The position numbers and the translations under genes are program-made. Positions 15,645 through 24,554 of a stretch of DNA of 64,000 nucleotides are shown one piece after another. Position 1 is the stretch's first letter, and the number at the start of each line of letters is the position of its first letter. The notes below the pieces were generated by a model. That model saw only the letters and a list, made by a program, of their open reading frames with translations, was not told where the DNA came from and did no database searches. Source of the DNA: a virus (lineage: Duplodnaviria; Heunggongvirae; Uroviricota; Caudoviricetes); IMG/VR virus record IMGVR_UViG_3300039208_000295. One strand, 5' to 3'.

Positions 15645-15811
15645 TCTTTGCAATTGCAATTGTTGGCTGCCTTTGCCTTGGTGTTGGTTATGCCTGGGGC
15701 CGGGCAGCACAATATTCTAACGCCCGTGAACGACTTCGTCTTCGTGTGATGGAGTCTAATATTAACGGTCTTTCCGAAAACGATATTCAACGAATTCTGG
15801 ACGAACTATGA
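15641..15811 (+). CDS. Small membrane protein (56 aa)
   Basis: MIFAIAIVGCLCLGVGYAWG... ORF not in the supplied track because it is under 60 aa. Joined to the next gene by an ATGA overlap. Confidence 0.35.
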   Translation: MIFAIAIVGCLCLGVGYAWGRAAQYSNARERLRLRVMESNINGLSENDIQRILDEL

Positions 15812-16680
15812 GAAACCCTCTTACTTTTATTGTGCCCATCGTAGCCGTTCTTGGCTTCGGGCTTTTCGCGGCTATGTTTATGACCGAAACGGTCGATCCT
15901 GGACATTCTGCCGCTGGATCGATTTTTGGTGACGTTGCCGAGACGCCTCTTGGTCCTGGTTTTCATATTGTGAATCCTCTTATGGATTTCACGCACTATG
16001 ATTGCCGTCAAAAAACTCACCTTGAGGCCGGTGTTGCTGTCCCGTCGCAGGATAAGCTCGTTACGATGATGGACGTTTCGGTTCAATATCATCTTAACGA
16101 ATCGATGACACCTACCATGTTGGACAGCACGGGCGATACGGTTGCAGTGATTAACACGCACCTTATCCCTAAACTACGCAGTTTGCTTCGTGAGCAAGGT
16201 AAGACGGTAGAGCGTGCAGAAGAATTCTTCCTTGAGGAAACACAAACTGCTCTTCAGGCCAATGTCTTGAGCCACCTTTCAGAATTCTGTAACCCGAATG
16301 GTATTGCGATTGATGCTATTCTGATTCGAGATATCACGCTTCCGCAGGTTATCGTGAACGCGGTTGAACAGACGAAAGAGCGTCAAGAACAAACGGAACG
16401 TGAGCAGGCTGAATTTGAGCGTTTTGAAATTGAGCAACAAAAGCAAGTTGCTGCTGCTGCCGCTCAACGTGAAGCTGCCGAAGAAGAGGCCGCTCGTAAG
16501 CGTACGCTTGCCGATGCTGCTGCTTATGAAATCGAAACTCGTGGTCAAGCTCTTCGTGAGAACCCCGAAATTCTCCAACTTGAATCTATCCAGCGGTGGG
16601 ACGGTGTGCTCCCCCGTTTTGTTGGCGGCGAAGCCGGTAACATGCAATTTCTTATGCCTCTTGACACTAAGAACCAATAA
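15808..16680 (+). CDS. SPFH / band-7 (prohibitin-HflC-like) membrane protein
   Basis: N-terminal TM segment, the band-7 core (GFHIVNPLMDFTHYDCRQ...), and a C-terminal coiled coil rich in E, Q and A. Confidence 0.65.
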   Translation: MRNPLTFIVPIVAVLGFGLFAAMFMTETVDPGHSAAGSIFGDVAETPLGPGFHIVNPLMDFTHYDCRQKTHLEAGVAVPSQDKLVTMMDVSVQYHLNESMTPTMLDSTGDTVAVINTHLIPKLRSLLREQGKTVERAEEFFLEETQTALQANVLSHLSEFCNPNGIAIDAILIRDITLPQVIVNAVEQTKERQEQTEREQAEFERFEIEQQKQVAAAAAQREAAEEEAARKRTLADAAAYEIETRGQALRENPEILQLESIQRWDGVLPRFVGGEAGNMQFLMPLDTKNQ

Positions 16681-16694
16681 ATCTACGAAGTAAT

Positions 16695-17606
16695 ATGAAA
16701 ATCAAAGCTATCCTTTTGACCGCTCTTATGGCGGTCGTCGCCATCGGCGACACTGTTGACGCTCAGCGTCGCTCTCGTTCTCGTTCGACGAGTCGTCCTC
16801 GGATTTCGAAACCGGCAAAACCGAAGGTGTCGAAACCGAAACCGACTACGCAGCGTCGCACCACAACTACTCGCAGTAAGCCGACCACTACTGCCAAGCC
16901 GAGTGCGACTACAACGAATCGTAATACGAAGGCTACTAAGCCCTCGACTACTACGGCTCGTCCGGCTACGAAGCCCACGGCTTCGGCTAAATACGATAGT
17001 AAAGCAGCTACTGCCGCTCGTCGTTCGAGCAGCCAGGCTTCCTACCAAGCTAACAAGCAAAAGTATACTGCAAAGCAGTCGGCAAACCGTTCTCGTATCT
17101 CTAGCGTAAGCGGTAATACTGGTCGTACTTATTCGCGTAATGACTTCAATACTCGCGATACTCGTCGACAAACTGTGGTTTATAACACCTATGTTGGTCG
17201 ATCGTATCCGGGGCACTGGGGTGGTTACAATGATGGCATTAGTCCTTTCTTTTGGATGTGGATGATGTCTGAAATGAACAGCAATCAGCAAGCTGCTTAT
17301 ATCCACAATCATGGTGCTTCGCTCGATCAAGCCCGTTTGAACGAACTGTATGCTCAAAACGCTCAGCTTGAGGCTCAAGTTGCTCATCTGCGAGCTTCCG
17401 GCGTGGCTCCGGATCCGAGTGTCCTTCCGGAAGGAATGGACGCAGCTAATGCTGACCTCATGTTTAGCGATGATTTCGCAGCCGATGCCGCTGGCTTAAA
17501 TGCTCCTCTTCCGCCGGAAGAAGACGGCCTTGGTTTCTTTGGTTGGTTTATGATTCTTGTTGGTGCTGGTGGAATCATCTTCCTATTTACTAAAGTTCGA
17601 TTCTAA
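16695..17606 (+). CDS. Secreted or membrane-anchored low-complexity protein
   Basis: Signal peptide, RSRSRSTSRPRISKPAKPKVSKPKPTT repeats, Thr/Pro/Ala-rich, and a C-terminal TM segment. Confidence 0.5.
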   Translation: MKIKAILLTALMAVVAIGDTVDAQRRSRSRSTSRPRISKPAKPKVSKPKPTTQRRTTTTRSKPTTTAKPSATTTNRNTKATKPSTTTARPATKPTASAKYDSKAATAARRSSSQASYQANKQKYTAKQSANRSRISSVSGNTGRTYSRNDFNTRDTRRQTVVYNTYVGRSYPGHWGGYNDGISPFFWMWMMSEMNSNQQAAYIHNHGASLDQARLNELYAQNAQLEAQVAHLRASGVAPDPSVLPEGMDAANADLMFSDDFAADAAGLNAPLPPEEDGLGFFGWFMILVGAGGIIFLFTKVRF

Positions 17607-18220
17607 TGACCCGCACTAAACGGACTCTCTGGGGGCACCTCAGAGAGAAAGCTAAGGGACCCGTCGAATATCGACACAGTAACCCCCTTAAAGTCAAGTG
17701 TCAAGACTGTATGATGTTTGACAGCACCGGCTACTCTGGCAAGGTGTTTGCTGTAGAAGGTATTCGTGAAGTAACTCGCACTGTTCTAGAAGAAGCATTC
17801 GTGTTTACGGATTATGATCTAACAGACGGTCTTCGTCTACGTCATAACGATGGCACGCTTCTTCTACTAGAAAAAGCCAGTGAATTCGAATATGATGATA
17901 GCTTTCATCATGAGTTAAATACTGGTGAAAGTATCCATCATGAAGACTACGAAGAAAATCTTCATGAATACTGGCGAGTTAATGACGTAAAAGATTCCTT
18001 TTCGGCTGAGACACTTTTTATCTCTGATAAAAATGGTGACGGCACAGTCGAAGCCGAAGAAATTGTTCGCGGAAATATTGAATATTGGGACTATTGGCGA
18101 AAAGAGGAAGAGTCCGGTCGCCTCTATTTCGTGATCATTGAAATGGATAAAGATACCGGGTTCTTTACTGTGTGGGATGGATTTGAAACCCACGAAAACC
18201 TTATTCAGGCAGGAAAATGA
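17606..18220 (+). CDS. Hypothetical acidic protein
   Basis: 204-aa ORF. Confidence 0.45.
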   Translation: MTRTKRTLWGHLREKAKGPVEYRHSNPLKVKCQDCMMFDSTGYSGKVFAVEGIREVTRTVLEEAFVFTDYDLTDGLRLRHNDGTLLLLEKASEFEYDDSFHHELNTGESIHHEDYEENLHEYWRVNDVKDSFSAETLFISDKNGDGTVEAEEIVRGNIEYWDYWRKEEESGRLYFVIIEMDKDTGFFTVWDGFETHENLIQAGK

Positions 18221-18840
18221 TTAATAAACTTGTACTGGTCGTTAGGACTATCTTCGAATTTATTTTCGGAGGATTTATGCGAATGTTTCCGGGGCATGCT
18301 GCTCGGGCCGCTCTTCGGGAGCGTTCTGGTAACTTGGCAGAAGCTCGTCAAAATGCCGGGGCTAATCAGGGGATGATTGAGGATCTTCGGTCCGAGATTA
18401 CAGCTCAAGAAGCTGAAGAAACTGAGTGGCTTGCATCTGGTAAAAAGGCTCACGCTAATGGCGACGACGCCGAAAAGCAACGTGCTGCACGCAAGCTAAG
18501 TCGAATTCGTGAGACTCTAACCGATCTTCGTTCGCAACTAGAAACGGCCGAAGCTCGTCAGGCTGGTTACATGGAAACGCTGGCGAATGCCGGTGATCAA
18601 CTTGAAGACGATCGCCGGGACGTTCGTAGTGCTGATATGCGTAACCGCATGGCTAAAAGCGAAGCTTCACTTCAAACGGGCTTTGCCGATGATGACAATA
18701 ATTTTGATGAAGCTATGCGGAATCTCAATTCGCAGGCTAATCGTGCGGAAGGACAGGTTGCTGTTAACCGGCAACTTAAAAGTGGTCCGAAATATTCGGG
18801 CGGTGCTGGTGTAGACGACATTCTTGGAGAATTTGAATAA
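18217..18840 (+). CDS. PspA/IM30-like coiled-coil protein
   Basis: About 207 aa. The extended coiled coil and its size suggest the PspA/Vipp1 family. Confidence 0.4.
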   Translation: MINKLVLVVRTIFEFIFGGFMRMFPGHAARAALRERSGNLAEARQNAGANQGMIEDLRSEITAQEAEETEWLASGKKAHANGDDAEKQRAARKLSRIRETLTDLRSQLETAEARQAGYMETLANAGDQLEDDRRDVRSADMRNRMAKSEASLQTGFADDDNNFDEAMRNLNSQANRAEGQVAVNRQLKSGPKYSGGAGVDDILGEFE

Positions 18841-19127
18841 TGAGTAACTTTCGAAGTATTCCGGACGGCCGGGAATTCACGTATAATGGTCGCCGTTATC
18901 GTCGGCGTGGAACTCGGGCTATTGCTATGGGGGACTACGCTGATCTTGGTCACGACATTCTCGATACCGTTGTGGATTTCGTTATCCTTGACATTGTCAG
19001 CGATGGTGAACTCGATGGTGACTTTACTGTCGATTCCGAACCTGAAACTCGTGACTTCGGTGGTGGCGGGTATGAGTCTAGCTACGACAGTGGATTCGAC
19101 TCTGGCGGGTCCGATTTCGGAGACTGA
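18840..19127 (+). CDS. Hypothetical acidic protein
   Basis: 95-aa ORF. Confidence 0.4.
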   Translation: MSNFRSIPDGREFTYNGRRYRRRGTRAIAMGDYADLGHDILDTVVDFVILDIVSDGELDGDFTVDSEPETRDFGGGGYESSYDSGFDSGGSDFGD

Positions 19128-19132
19128 TTAAA

Positions 19133-19837
19133 ATGTGGTTACGCCTTCTAGTCTATATTTCAGTACTTTTTTACTTGGTTGAGCTGACCCTTGGGGCAGC
19201 GAACAGTCTAGAAGGTAATCCGTTCTTTCTGTGGACAGAACGGATGATTGCCACAGTATTTACTTGCGAATATGTCGTCCGTCTCAAGAGGGGCGGACGA
19301 CAGTACGCACGATCTGGTCTCGGTATTGTAGATGCTATTGCCGTGATCCCATTTTGGGCTGGCTTTTTTGTGCCAGCCGCTTGGCTTGGTCCTGTGCGGG
19401 CCATGCGTATTCTGCGACTACTTAAGTTATTCAGATATAATCCATCTTTACAACTAGTCGCAAGAGGCTTTAAACGTGCTTGGCCAATGTGTAGAGCACT
19501 ATCAATAGCAACACTGATTTTCTGGCTATTCTCGTCCGTTGTGATCTTTGAGCTGGAAAAGACTGCACAACCAGATGACTTCACGCTTTATCAAAGTTTC
19601 TGGTTTACAGCCGTCACGATGACGACAGTAGGGTATGGTGATATGTCTCCCCAGACTCCACCTGGGCAAGCATTCTCTATGGGGATGTTCATCGTGGCCC
19701 TGGCTTTGTATTCTGGAGTGCTTGGAACTATTGCGACAGCTCTATCAGAGGAAGTAAAAGATACTAATGAGCGATCTACTAGTGAATGTGGTACAAGTGA
19801 ACGAAGTCAAACCCCATCCGAATGCGGATCGGCTTGA
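19133..19837 (+). CDS. Potassium channel with a voltage-sensor-like S4 segment
   Basis: Selectivity filter TVGYGD in AVTMTTVGYGDMSP. An upstream Arg/Lys-periodic helix AMRILRLLKLFR resembles S4. Several TM helices. Confidence 0.7.
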   Translation: MWLRLLVYISVLFYLVELTLGAANSLEGNPFFLWTERMIATVFTCEYVVRLKRGGRQYARSGLGIVDAIAVIPFWAGFFVPAAWLGPVRAMRILRLLKLFRYNPSLQLVARGFKRAWPMCRALSIATLIFWLFSSVVIFELEKTAQPDDFTLYQSFWFTAVTMTTVGYGDMSPQTPPGQAFSMGMFIVALALYSGVLGTIATALSEEVKDTNERSTSECGTSERSQTPSECGSA

Positions 19838-20852
19838 ACTTGTTTGTATCGACGGCTGGGAAATTATTTCAGGCAAGGGTAACTATTCTGCGGGCGATAC
19901 CGTAGTACATGTTCCACCCGACGCTATGGTGCCAATGGCACGAGCCCAAGGATGGGGTGTAGACAAATACCTGTCCTTCCGTGGACAAGCCGAAATGGGC
20001 CGAGTCAAGGCCCAGAAACTACGTGGCGTAGTTAGCTTCGGCTTCCTGGTTCCTAACGATACACAATCGGAGGTCGGCACCGACCTACGCGAACATTATG
20101 GCATCGAAAAATACGAACCACCGGCACCTGGGATGGACGCTGGTAGAGTGCGTCATTGTCATCCTTTGTTTCATCGGTATACTAACATCCAAAATCTTCG
20201 AAACCATACTAGGAAACTCGATTACGAACAAGAATTAATTGTAACCGAGAAAATTCACGGTACGAATAGTCGTGTTGGATGGGTTCGGCGTCTAGATCCC
20301 GCCGAAGGCGAGTCTGAATTCGAAAAGGTTGTAGGAACCCACAATACTCAACGGAAGTTGGAAGAGTGTGGTATTTACGGACTGCCTTTTGAATTGTACG
20401 ATGACCAATTGGAACACATATTTCTTGAGGCACAAAAATACTGCCCGCCTGGTGAGCAACTAAATTCTCTAATTATTTTTGGTGAAATCTACGGTGCTGG
20501 CGTTCAAGACCTTCATTACGGTAAAAAAGAACAAAAGGGATATCGTGTTTTCGACATTACCCTGAACGGTCGATACATTCCGTGGAAGACTATGGCCGCT
20601 TTGTGCGACGTTTATCGAGTACCTACCGTAGAAGTTCTAGAACGTGGCTACTTTGGTTTCGATGACCTAAAGGCACTTGCCGAAGGCAATACTCTACACG
20701 ACGATTCGCATATTCGTGAAGGAATTGTGGTGCGTCCGTTCGACCAAGAACTAACCTGGGGTCGCACAGAACGCGTCAACGACCGTCGCATGATTTTCAA
20801 ACTAATTAATCCAGATTACTTGCTTCGCAAGGGTGGATCGGAGTATCACTGA
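19767..20852 (+). CDS. Rnl2-family RNA ligase fused to an N-terminal tRNA-binding OB domain
   Basis: Ligase motif I EKIHGTN (K-x-H-G-T). N-terminus VNEVKPHPNADRLELV matches the Trbp111 / MetRS C-terminal tRNA-binding fold (K-H-P-N-A-D-K-L). Overlaps the channel gene by 71 nt. Confidence 0.7.
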   Translation: MSDLLVNVVQVNEVKPHPNADRLELVCIDGWEIISGKGNYSAGDTVVHVPPDAMVPMARAQGWGVDKYLSFRGQAEMGRVKAQKLRGVVSFGFLVPNDTQSEVGTDLREHYGIEKYEPPAPGMDAGRVRHCHPLFHRYTNIQNLRNHTRKLDYEQELIVTEKIHGTNSRVGWVRRLDPAEGESEFEKVVGTHNTQRKLEECGIYGLPFELYDDQLEHIFLEAQKYCPPGEQLNSLIIFGEIYGAGVQDLHYGKKEQKGYRVFDITLNGRYIPWKTMAALCDVYRVPTVEVLERGYFGFDDLKALAEGNTLHDDSHIREGIVVRPFDQELTWGRTERVNDRRMIFKLINPDYLLRKGGSEYH

Positions 20853-21121
20853 TGTTTAAAGTAGAATGCGGATCTTGTGGCGGAACCGGCCTCTATAAAG
20901 GATTTGCCGAACCTGAAGGATATGCGGTGATTTGTCGCAATTGTGGTGGTAAAGGATACACGGAAGCTACCCACGTTAGCTCCGAAGCGAAAATCTTTGA
21001 ACGCCGGAAACGCAAAAATGGCATTAGATATGTTATGACAGATGGCGGTGCATGGTTTGTGCGTGGAGCGGCCAGTCAAACTCCACATATTACAATCGAC
21101 GAATTCAACGAACGTTACTAG
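20852..21121 (+). CDS. DnaJ-type CxxCxGxG zinc-finger protein
   Basis: CGSCGGTG...CRNCGGKG repeats. Confidence 0.5.
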   Translation: MFKVECGSCGGTGLYKGFAEPEGYAVICRNCGGKGYTEATHVSSEAKIFERRKRKNGIRYVMTDGGAWFVRGAASQTPHITIDEFNERY

Positions 21122-21192
21122 GGGCGTAGCCAAGTGGTAAAGGCTCTGCTCTGATAAAGCAGGATGCGGAGGTTCAATCCCTCCCGCCCCTA
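21120..21192 (+). tRNA. tRNA-Ile (anticodon GAU)
   Basis: Acceptor aggggcg pairs with cgcccct. D-arm gcc-aagtggtaaa-ggc. Anticodon arm ctgct-ctgataa-agcag. T-arm ggagg-ttcaatc-cctcc. Discriminator A, with CCA encoded. Confidence 0.7.
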
Positions 21193-21326
21193 CCAGCTCA
21201 CCGAAGGTTCGCAATGGGATGGATAACCGATATTTATATTGAGGGTAATTACCTATATGTGATTACCCGAAATATTAATGATATTTATCACGAATTAAGC
21301 TCACGAGATTTTTATAAAATTCCGTT

Positions 21327-21722
21327 ATGAGAGAGCCTAACGAAAGAGACGAAATGGTTCGGGTTATGGCCATCCAAAATGGTTGTGAACCATACTGGCA
21401 TAATGGTATTTTTGGATGGGCCTATCATTGTGGATGTGACGACGGATTGCACAATTGCGACCAACAATGTTCAATGATTGACGAAACGTCCGCAGGCCGT
21501 AAACGTAAAAAAGCGGCAGTAGCTCCTGAGCCACAAGCATTTACGTTAATTATTGAAGTTGATCCACAAAAATGTGGTGGCCGCCCGGTTATTGTTGGCA
21601 CTCGATTTCCGGTACAACAATTGTGTACCGAATTGGCTGCTGGCGAAATGACAGTAGAAGAGATCTTTGAAGATTTTGATCTTCCTAAAACAGCATACAT
21701 GAAATTTAAGGAAAGAACGTGA
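21327..21722 (+). CDS. Hypothetical Cys/His-rich protein
   Basis: 131-aa ORF. Confidence 0.4.
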   Translation: MREPNERDEMVRVMAIQNGCEPYWHNGIFGWAYHCGCDDGLHNCDQQCSMIDETSAGRKRKKAAVAPEPQAFTLIIEVDPQKCGGRPVIVGTRFPVQQLCTELAAGEMTVEEIFEDFDLPKTAYMKFKERT

Positions 21723-21743
21723 TTGGTATATACAACATCATTG

Positions 21744-21816
21744 GGCCCTGTAGCTCAGTGGTGAGAGCAGCATTCTTATAAAGTGAAGGTCGGAGGTTCA
21801 ATTCCTCCCAGGGCTA
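21744..21816 (+). tRNA. tRNA with anticodon UAU (Ile-type, would read AUA); anticodon stem imperfect
   Basis: Acceptor ggccctg pairs with cagggct. D-arm gctc-agtggtga-gagc. Loop cttataa. T-arm ggagg-ttcaatt-cctcc. Discriminator A, with CCA encoded. Confidence 0.5.
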
Positions 21817-21821
21817 CCAAT

Positions 21822-22016
21822 ATGTTAGGAACATTGACGGCGATTATCCTATATCTCATAGGTATTAGTGGATGGTATTGGGTCTTTCAAGAGGACACAA
21901 CTGTTAATCGACTACAAGTACTAATATTAGCTGTACTATGGCCAGCCGTTGTTTTTGTCATGGAAGTATTTGTGGTCATTTTTTGGTTATTCGAAAATCG
22001 TGAAAAAACATCGTAA
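21822..22016 (+). CDS. Small membrane protein
   Basis: MLGTLTAIILYLIGISGWYWVF... Internal ATG after the tRNA. Confidence 0.35.
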   Translation: MLGTLTAIILYLIGISGWYWVFQEDTTVNRLQVLILAVLWPAVVFVMEVFVVIFWLFENREKTS

Positions 22017-22305
22017 AAAATCAAAAGATCAAGATCGCCATGCCCGAGAACGCTGCAAAGAAAGATTTGGGGTTAGCCTGGACACGAACTTACTGGTAAG
22101 CAAAATTCAGAAAAATCAACTAAGTGTAATTTGTCGTCAATCGCTTAGATTAACTGTATATCGTTATGAAATTGCCGGACAAGATGCTGCTGTAGTTTAT
22201 GATAAACAACGCAAAACTATTGTTACGGTGATGCCATACGAGTGGACATTAAGTGACGATTTTCAGAACACAAGAGAAGCAAGTCCAAAATGCAGCTCAC
22301 GCTAA
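21949..22305 (+). CDS. Hypothetical protein (start uncertain)
   Basis: 118-aa ORF overlapping the previous one. No clear ATG with an SD. Confidence 0.25.
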   Translation: MFLSWKYLWSFFGYSKIVKKHRKKSKDQDRHARERCKERFGVSLDTNLLVSKIQKNQLSVICRQSLRLTVYRYEIAGQDAAVVYDKQRKTIVTVMPYEWTLSDDFQNTREASPKCSSR

Positions 22306-22450
22306 CAAAAGAGTTTATTGATTTAGTAAGAGGCGTTTATAGCGATCCAGATCCATTCTCGGTTGGATTTGCTATGGCACTTACATTAGGATCACTTACT
22401 ATCGTTCCTATTACTGTTATTGCAGATACTGTTCTGGCGATTGTTAGACA

Positions 22451-23326
22451 ATGCAAATCCACATCGTAGCTAAAGGTAACTATTTCGAGCATTACGGCAA
22501 GGCATTAACTAATGCTTGTCGTGAGCTTGGACATGATGTACACTGGTTTAAAGAGGATACTTACGAGGTGCCCTACTTTAAGGCAGATTTACATATTGTA
22601 GTTGGTCCTAATGTTTATAATCATCAAACTGTTTTACGGCTAGACGGGCACCGAGTAGGAATTCTCACCGAACAACTACCACATATTGAGGCTCCGCTCT
22701 CTCCTTTTGTTATTGACCGAGCCCAACAATTTCAACGTCATTATCCGGTATATCATCGTTATGTAGACTGGAGTGCTGCACACTGCGGCTGGCTACGAGT
22801 AACCTTTCCGGGTATTAACCTCATTTATTTTCCCCACGGCTGGATTGATCATGGGCTCACGCCCGTAAAGTCGTCAGATTGCAAATATGACATTTGTTTT
22901 CTCGGAGAGAATAGTCGCCGCCGAGAGATGATCTTAGATCAAATTAAGGCCCTCGGCCTTAGTGTGTATCCTCGAAGCAGAGGAGTTTGGGGACAAGAAA
23001 AATTAGAAGCAATTCGTAACTCTAAACTTATTCTCAATGTTCATTTCTCAGACGGCCCAAAATCATTTGAAGCTCATCGTATTTTTGATGCTGCATCATT
23101 GGGCCGCCCCTTCCTTTCAGAAGAGATGAACGCATACGGATTCGAAGACATTATTCTGCAAGCAGAATATGAAAAGATTCCCCAAAGAGCTAGAGTGTTA
23201 TTGCGAAGCAATCGACAATTAGATAAAAGAGGAAGGCTGCAAATAGAAGAATTAAGTAAGTTTAAATTAACTACGCTGATCGACGCTCTCGTAAATAATA
23301 AGGAGCACGCATATGGCGAAGGGTGA
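22451..23326 (+). CDS. Hypothetical protein
   Basis: 291-aa ORF. No confident motif. Confidence 0.45.
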   Translation: MQIHIVAKGNYFEHYGKALTNACRELGHDVHWFKEDTYEVPYFKADLHIVVGPNVYNHQTVLRLDGHRVGILTEQLPHIEAPLSPFVIDRAQQFQRHYPVYHRYVDWSAAHCGWLRVTFPGINLIYFPHGWIDHGLTPVKSSDCKYDICFLGENSRRREMILDQIKALGLSVYPRSRGVWGQEKLEAIRNSKLILNVHFSDGPKSFEAHRIFDAASLGRPFLSEEMNAYGFEDIILQAEYEKIPQRARVLLRSNRQLDKRGRLQIEELSKFKLTTLIDALVNNKEHAYGEG

Positions 23327-23987
23327 TCCTTTAGTCCGCCAGCGAATGCTTGAGCTTGGATGTGGAGATAATCCACGTCCTGAGCGTGGTTTTAGATATT
23401 GGGGCGTAGATAACGCGGAAGGTTTTGTTCCAGCTTGTCAACGCAAATTGGCTGATCAAGGGTTCGAAGTCTATACTCATACAGATTTTGTGCCCGAAAT
23501 GCGTGAAGAACGATACCCAAACATTGTTCATTTCTTTAATGGTTGTAATCTGGCGGATGGACATTCTCTTAGGAATCTATTTCCTTTAAATTGGTTCGAT
23601 AGAGTGTTGGCCGATCAGGTTTTGGAGCACATTCCGAGAGTTGCTCAAAAGACTTGGGGCAATAAGCCACAAGCAGAGACGTTTAATCCAGTAATTGCAC
23701 TACTTAATCAAATTTGGCTGGTATGTAAGTCAAATGCGTACGTACAATTTAATGTGCCAAAATGGAATAGTGCGGAAATGTGGCAAGATCCAACTCATGT
23801 AAATCCTGTCCCGCCGCAGTTTTGGAAATATTGGGATCCTGCCGATGAATGGAATTTAAAGAAGTCTTACGGAATTAATGCCAGCTTCCGCCTCGATGAG
23901 GTGGTAGACTGTGGCTGGTACCACATCTTTAGGCTTACAACGATCAAAAAACCTGAACAAGAAAGGTTTTGGCACAACAGGGAGTAG
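23313..23987 (+). CDS. Class I SAM-dependent methyltransferase-like protein
   Basis: Motif I-like LELGCGDNP. Confidence 0.5.
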   Translation: MAKGDPLVRQRMLELGCGDNPRPERGFRYWGVDNAEGFVPACQRKLADQGFEVYTHTDFVPEMREERYPNIVHFFNGCNLADGHSLRNLFPLNWFDRVLADQVLEHIPRVAQKTWGNKPQAETFNPVIALLNQIWLVCKSNAYVQFNVPKWNSAEMWQDPTHVNPVPPQFWKYWDPADEWNLKKSYGINASFRLDEVVDCGWYHIFRLTTIKKPEQERFWHNRE

Positions 23988-24052
23988 CTCAGTCTGGTTA
24001 GAGCGGGCGGTTTGGAACCGTCAGGCCGGGGGTTCAAATCCCTCCTCCCTGA
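23978..24052 (+). tRNA. tRNA-Pro (anticodon UGG)
   Basis: Acceptor cagggag pairs with ctccctg. D-arm gctc-agtctggtta-gagc. Anticodon arm ggcgg-tttggaa-ccgtc. T-arm ggggg-ttcaaat-ccctc. Discriminator A, with CCA encoded. Confidence 0.7.
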
Positions 24053-24192
24053 CCAATACATAGTATGATTGCTAAATTCGACACTTTTATGGATCGAGCC
24101 GTCAGTGGTCTCTGGCGAATTGGCGGCTTGATTATTTTCTTATGGGTGGTTAAATTGCTAGTCGCCATGTCTATGGGACTATTCGTGCTCTG

Positions 24193-24423
24193 ATGATCTG
24201 GCAAGACGCAGTTTTTGCAACCGGAACTTTGTTCATGGCAATTTCTACGTTGCCAATCATCTTTAACAAAGATTCAAAAGTTCCTCGATCGGCAAGTTTG
24301 ATCAGATCGACAGTATACACTGTATTTACATATACCTATATTTCTCTTTCTTTCTATTGGTCAGCAGCTCTTATGTTTCTTGATTTGCTCTGCTGGCTCT
24401 TTATAGCTTGGAAACGTGTGTGA
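24193..24423 (+). CDS. Small membrane protein
   Basis: 76 aa with two hydrophobic segments. Confidence 0.35.
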   Translation: MIWQDAVFATGTLFMAISTLPIIFNKDSKVPRSASLIRSTVYTVFTYTYISLSFYWSAALMFLDLLCWLFIAWKRV

Positions 24424-24425
24424 CT

Positions 24426-24499
24426 GGGTCCTTGGTGTTAACGGATAGCATAGCAGACTCTTAATCTGTCAGGTCTAGGTTCAAATCCTAGAGGACCCA
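24426..24499 (+). tRNA. tRNA-Lys (anticodon CUU)
   Basis: Acceptor gggtcct pairs with aggaccc. Anticodon arm gcaga-ctcttaa-tctgt. T-arm ctagg-ttcaaat-cctag. Discriminator A, with CCA encoded. Confidence 0.65.
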
Positions 24500-24554
24500 C
24501 CATATTTTGCTTCGCAAATAGTGTATTATCTCCTGAGGCCCACTTAATCGTGGG

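Noticed and set aside
16683-17387. Minus-strand 234-aa ORF and plus-strand alternative-frame ORFs (16756..17109, 16763..16978) inside the low-complexity secreted-protein gene
   Set aside because: They are artefacts of repetitive Ser/Arg/Thr-coding sequence. Only the signal-peptide-containing frame 16695..17606 has gene-like features.
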